This document shows positions 28,203-32,000 of a stretch of DNA of 32,000 nucleotides, in pieces; within the stretch, counting starts at the first letter, position 1; the number at the start of each line of letters is the position of its first letter. The stretch lies in the NCBI RefSeq assembly GCF_900232105.1, contig NZ_LT934425.1, forward strand, positions 870,001 to 902,000. The letters run 5' to 3'. The position numbers and the translations under genes are program-made. The stretch is from Candidatus Kuenenia stuttgartensis (lineage in GTDB: Bacteria; Planctomycetota; Brocadiia; Brocadiales; Brocadiaceae). The notes beneath the pieces were generated by a model that had not been told where the DNA came from, searched no databases, and worked only from the letters and a program-made list of their open reading frames with translations.

Positions 28203-28244
28203 AAAGAGACCCTAAATAATGTATTCAATTTTTAGGGTCTCTTT
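28203..28244 (+). terminator. Rho-independent-like terminator of the ferredoxin gene
   Basis: AAAGAGACCCTAAA (28203-28216) / TTTAGGGTCTCTTT (28231-28244), 14-bp perfect stem, T-rich 3' side. Confidence 0.85.
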
Positions 28245-28542
28245 CTTTTCTTTGTTCGCTCAAACATTCAGTAGCGGCCTTCTCCCTATGCGGCGTCTCC
28301 TATTTAAAATAGCACGCCCTCCCTTTGTCCGCATTCTTTTTCTAAAACCGCACATTCTCTTACGTTTTATCGAACTTTTCCTAATTCTTACTTTCATAAT
28401 CTATCTCTCCTTAAATCAAAATTAACAGGACTATATTATCGTATTAGCTGTTTTATTGTCAAGGAATTTTATGTAAAAATAATACGGGAGTATCTGGTTT
28501 TTTAACCATGGATTTTTGTTGCAGAATAGTCGTAAATTCTTA

Positions 28543-28571
28543 TTGACATTGATCTTTTGAATTGATACTAT
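28543..28571 (+). promoter_or_regulatory. Strong sigma70-type promoter
   Basis: TTGACA (28543-28548), 17-nt spacer, TACTAT (28566-28571); about 175 nt upstream of the HU-like ATG. Confidence 0.6.
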
Positions 28572-28748
28572 GTTCAAACTAGTCATAAGTGGCATGCCTA
28601 GAAGTTAGTTAAGATTAGGTCACAGCCTTTCAGTAATCCCCTAAACCCGAGAAAGAGATAATTTTTTTATTTTTAACGTATTCGCTCAGTTAAATACTTC
28701 TATAGGTTGCCAGTAATATACTTACCGTTATAATTAAGGAGATATGTA

Positions 28749-29060
28749 ATGCAAACAACGACAAAAAGGGATCTGTGCGAAAAGATTGCCAGGAAAACAG
28801 ACAACACGCATATGGTGGTAAAAAAGACAATTCAAATGTTTTTGGATGAAATTATAGGGGAGCTTTCACAGGGTAATCGCATTGAATTGCGCGACTTCGG
28901 CGTCTTTGAAATTCGCCAGCGTGCGGCACGCAAGGCAAGAAACCCAAGAACCGGAGAAGTTGCTTTTGTACCGTCAAAAAATGTCGTTGTGTTCAAGGTT
29001 GGAAAACTCATGCGGGAAAAAGTTGGCAACTCACCACAAACACAACCCCCGGCACAATAA
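28749..29060 (+). CDS. HU/IHF family DNA-binding protein
   Basis: KRDLCEKIARKTDNTHMVVKKTIQMFLDEIIGELSQGNRIELRDFGVFEIRQRAARKARNPRTGE. Confidence 0.95.
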   Translation: MQTTTKRDLCEKIARKTDNTHMVVKKTIQMFLDEIIGELSQGNRIELRDFGVFEIRQRAARKARNPRTGEVAFVPSKNVVVFKVGKLMREKVGNSPQTQPPAQ

Positions 29061-29076
29061 ATATATTGGAGCTTCC

Positions 29077-29544
29077 ATGTTTAAACAAACACAAGTAAAA
29101 GAAGCAGGTATCATAAAACGTATTAACGGCAACAGAACTACCATCGAATTACTAAAACAAACAGCGGAGAACTGTAAGAGTTGCAGTGGTTGTGCAGAGG
29201 TAAAAAGTAGTCCGCACTATTTGGAAGTTGAAACAGTTCCCGGCACAAAGGAAGGGCAATTGGTAGTTACGCAAAAAACAATCCATTCACCTTACAAAAG
29301 TATAATACTCGTGTTTGTCTTTCCCTTAATTAGTTTAATAGCGGGTAGTTACGTAGGGCAAAATTACAACTTTTTTGGTATAACATCAAAAGACATAAGA
29401 ATTATAGTTTGTGGATTTATTTTTTTTATATCTTCATTGGTTATAGCAGCTATTTACGACAAAATGTCAAAAAGTAAAACAACCACACCTCAAAAAATCA
29501 TTCCTTATAATCTCCACAATAGCTACGACACCATTTTTAAATAG
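29077..29544 (+). CDS. RseC/SoxR-reducing system family membrane protein
   Basis: In-frame ATG at 29077 inside the track ORF 28882..29544; MFKQTQVKEAGIIKRINGNRTTIELLKQTAENCKSCSGCAEV (cysteine cluster) followed by two TM segments. Confidence 0.75.
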   Translation: MFKQTQVKEAGIIKRINGNRTTIELLKQTAENCKSCSGCAEVKSSPHYLEVETVPGTKEGQLVVTQKTIHSPYKSIILVFVFPLISLIAGSYVGQNYNFFGITSKDIRIIVCGFIFFISSLVIAAIYDKMSKSKTTTPQKIIPYNLHNSYDTIFK

Positions 29545-29668
29545 ATTCCACTCCTTATGTTTAAATTTAAAGCCAAGGATAAATGAAAAGGTGTTGTAAT
29601 AATCAGGACAAAGACCCTTTTGCATTGCAAGGTTTGAATAAGACAAAAAACATTTTAAAGACTTCACA

Positions 29669-30562
29669 ATGAAAAACAAAATAGCAAAACAATTTTTGAA
29701 ATGGGCTGGTGGCAAAACGCAACTCATTAACGAAATAAAGAAGTCGTTGCCATACGATATTACTAAATCAAGATTTACTTACCTTGAGCCATTTGTAGGA
29801 AGTGGTGCTGTTTTATTTTGGATACTCAACAACTTTCCAAAGTTAGAGAAAGCGGTTATCAATGACATTAACGAAGACTTGATAAACACTTACAGAGTCA
29901 TTGCCACAAAACCCGAAGAGCTTATTTCAATTCTGCAAATCCTGCAAAATGAATATCACAATCTTGACAGCAAACAAGAAGAAAGAAAAGAGTACTACTA
30001 TCAGAAAAGAGAATTGTACAATACAAGAAAGGAAGAAAAAAGCAGCCAAGCTGCTTTATTTATCTTTCTGAATCGCACTTGCTTTAACGGGCTATACAGA
30101 GTAAACAGTAAGAATTTATTCAATGTACCGATGGGTAGTTATAAAAAACCTACTATCTGTGATGGTAAAAACATTTTATCTGTAAGTAATCTTTTGCAAA
30201 AAGTTGAAATCCTTTGTGGTGACTACGAAGCGACATTAGATAAAGCGACAAACAATTCATTCTTCTATTTCGATCCACCGTACAAACCATTAAGCGAAAC
30301 ATCAAGTTTTAACTCATACGCAAAAGACGAATTCAATGATGAAGAACAAATAAGACTGAAAAACTTTTGTTCTAAATTAAATGTACTTGGTCATCAATGG
30401 ATTTTGAGCAATTCTGATGTTAAAGGAAAAAATTCTGCTGATAATTTTTTTGATGATTTGTATAGTGATTTTACGATTTTAAGAGTTGATGCCAGAAGAA
30501 GTATTAATGCTAATCCTGAAAAAAGAGGTTCCTTAAAAGAATTATTAATTACAAACCAATAA
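29669..30562 (+). CDS. Dam/DpnM-type (D12 class) adenine-N6 DNA methyltransferase
   Basis: FLKWAGGKTQLI, YLEPFVGSGAVLFWIL, FFYFDPPYKPL. Confidence 0.93.
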   Translation: MKNKIAKQFLKWAGGKTQLINEIKKSLPYDITKSRFTYLEPFVGSGAVLFWILNNFPKLEKAVINDINEDLINTYRVIATKPEELISILQILQNEYHNLDSKQEERKEYYYQKRELYNTRKEEKSSQAALFIFLNRTCFNGLYRVNSKNLFNVPMGSYKKPTICDGKNILSVSNLLQKVEILCGDYEATLDKATNNSFFYFDPPYKPLSETSSFNSYAKDEFNDEEQIRLKNFCSKLNVLGHQWILSNSDVKGKNSADNFFDDLYSDFTILRVDARRSINANPEKRGSLKELLITNQ

Positions 30563-30570
30563 AATACAGA

Positions 30571-31410
30571 ATGTCTGAACAATTTAAACTATTCTTATCA
30601 CTACTAAGTGAAACAAATGCAACCCTTGATTATTTTACTGATTTCAAAAAAATAACTTCAAACATCAATAAAATTTCAATAAAGCTGCATCAACTAAACT
30701 ACCTTATCGGTAAAAAGGATTTAAAACAAGCTGTTAATGAACTTTATGAGGAAAATAAAGGTGTTTTTCAAGTACTTGATGTATTAATCGCAGTTAGAAA
30801 AAAAGACAAAAAGAAAGTCATTAATAATGAAGGTAAAATCGTTCTTCTCGAAACCTATTTTGAATCTGCTGAGAAGATACTTGAATATATTAAAGACACT
30901 GGCTTAGCTGAAGTTTTTAAAAACTGTAAAATCGCGAACCTTGTCGATTATGTTTTTGGTATTGAAGTCGGTTTAGATACAAATGCAAGAAAAAATAGAG
31001 GCGGTGATAAGATGGAAAAAGCAGTTGCTTTGATTTTCGATAACGCAAAGATTTTCCATAAAAAGCAGGTCAACATTACTGATTTTCCTGAAATTCTAAG
31101 TTTAGGTGAAGATTTAAAATGTTTTGATTTTGCAATAAAAACCAAGAGAAAAACATATTTGATCGAAGCGAATTTTTACAATAGTACAGGTTCTAAACTT
31201 AATGAAACAGCAAGGTCATATTCTGATGTTGCATCCAAAATTAATCAATGCAATAATTTTGAATTTGTTTGGATCACCGACGGTCAGGTTTGGCGTTCAG
31301 CCGCAAACAAGCTACAAGAAGCATTCAGTGTCATTCCAAGTATGTATAATCTTGCTACACTTCATTTATTCATTGAAAAACTGAACAAAGAAAAAACTGT
31401 TTCTTTTTAA
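30571..31410 (+). CDS. DpnII/MboI-like type II restriction endonuclease (predicted GATC specificity)
   Basis: 279 aa; GLDTNARKNRGGDKMEKAVALIF, CFDFAIKTKRKTYLIEANFYNSTGSKLNETARSYSDVASKI; 8 nt after a Dam-like MTase gene. Confidence 0.88.
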   Translation: MSEQFKLFLSLLSETNATLDYFTDFKKITSNINKISIKLHQLNYLIGKKDLKQAVNELYEENKGVFQVLDVLIAVRKKDKKKVINNEGKIVLLETYFESAEKILEYIKDTGLAEVFKNCKIANLVDYVFGIEVGLDTNARKNRGGDKMEKAVALIFDNAKIFHKKQVNITDFPEILSLGEDLKCFDFAIKTKRKTYLIEANFYNSTGSKLNETARSYSDVASKINQCNNFEFVWITDGQVWRSAANKLQEAFSVIPSMYNLATLHLFIEKLNKEKTVSF

Positions 31411-31412
31411 GT

Positions 31413-31620
31413 ATGGTATGTTCACATTTCAAATCCGAAGATAAAAACTTATATTTACTTCATGGAGATACAATGGTTCTCTTGTCTTAATTTGAACATA
31501 AATTTGATATGGCTTTTACATGTCCACCATATTTTATATCTAACAACGGACTTTTCAATTCAAAGTGGTAAAATCGTGAGCGTAAATAAAGGTTAATTGG
31601 ATAAATCAGGTGGCTTCGAA
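31413..31620 (+). pseudogene. Degraded DpnA/MboI-type second adenine methyltransferase, N-terminal remnant
   Basis: Own translation: MVCSHFKSEDKNLYLLHGDTMVLLS*FEHKFDMAFTCPPYFISNNGLFN(frameshift)SIQSGKIVSVNKG*LDKSGGFE*. The order HGD...PPYF(I/L)SN(N/D)G...SGK.VSVNKG.WDKS is that of DpnA-like enzymes, with an internal TAA at 31488 and a +1 shift near 31552-31556. Not in the supplied ORF track. Confidence 0.75.
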
Positions 31621-32000
31621 TGATTCAAAAAACATCGAAAAATCCAAGTTTGATAACAGAATTTTGTACCCTTTGTAACTCTGAGGTAAAGCATGCATTA
31701 TCTTCTCATTTTAAAGAATCTCACAGCATAAAGTTGCTTGAAGAATCTATTCTAACTGATGTTGACAACGGTATGCCGGAAGTAGAAATTGGAAGAAAAT
31801 ATGGAATCACCTTCCGCTATTTAGAAAAACTTATAACACAAAGCAAGGGTATTAATGTTGGTTTTATTAAGCATAAAAAAATAAAGACTTTTGAGCCAAA
31901 AGATTTTAGCGAAGAAACCACAACAGTTTGGAGTTTTAAAAGCAGGGGTAATTGGGCAACACACAGTGGAGAGTACAGGGGCAACTGGTCTCCTTACATT
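31620..32000 (+). CDS. Second methylase-like ORF with N-terminal zinc-finger/HTH region (runs off the right edge)
   Basis: Open from ATG 31620 to the window end: MIQKTSKNPSLITEFCTLCNSEVKHALSSHFKESH...YGITFRYLEKL...ETTTVWSFKSRGNWATHSGEYRGNWSPYI. The last segment matches the RGNW...YRGNWSPYIPRN motif of a group of DNA methyltransferases. Confidence 0.65.
   Translation, partial: MIQKTSKNPSLITEFCTLCNSEVKHALSSHFKESHSIKLLEESILTDVDNGMPEVEIGRKYGITFRYLEKLITQSKGINVGFIKHKKIKTFEPKDFSEETTTVWSFKSRGNWATHSGEYRGNWSPYI

Noticed and set aside
28219-28425. 68-aa ORF MYSIFRVSFFSLFAQ...
   Set aside because: Starts inside the ferredoxin terminator hairpin; no recognisable ribosome-binding site or family. Not supported as a gene.
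29077-29544. Functional linkage between the RseC-like protein and the rnf genes at the left edge
   Set aside because: RseC-type proteins are connected with Rnf in SoxR reduction in some bacteria, but here they are about 27 kb apart with unrelated genes between, so no linkage can be claimed.

Overview
The window looks like a chromosomal segment from a Gram-negative, probably planctomycete/anammox-like, bacterium. The lineage call is inference from gene content and protein style; I ran no database search. Most of it is ordinary core genome. On the minus strand are rnf genes (C-, D- and partial G-like), a GNAT acetyltransferase, a TatD-radical SAM fusion, yraN, rplS-trmD-rpsP-ffh, an ADP-heptose cluster (hldE-gmhA-gmhB), and a response regulator with a histidine kinase. 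On the plus strand are rpmE-prfA-prmC-murA, an exported zinc-ribbon/TPR/FGE-like protein, murJ, rlmN, a ferredoxin, an HU-like protein and an RseC-like protein. Accessory material sits in two places. First, a mosaic of decayed transposase pieces plus a stand-alone DruA-like (DUF4338) gene lies between murA and gmhB (about 12.6-15.6 kb). Second, a DpnII/MboI-like GATC restriction-modification locus starts at 29.67 kb and runs off the right edge. The most interesting points are: (1) a degraded DpnA-like second methyltransferase, absent from the ORF track, between the DpnII-like nuclease gene and a further methylase-like ORF; (2) a MITE-like dispersed element with 16-bp inverted ends present twice, one copy carrying an 11-unit RRGACGA heptad array that ends in a foldback; (3) an exact 35-bp duplication of murA coding sequence 384 bp downstream; (4) the TatD-radical SAM fusion; (5) a REC-XRE response regulator; (6) an exported FGE-like protein lacking one of the two catalytic cysteines. 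I found no convincing, clearly novel multi-gene system.
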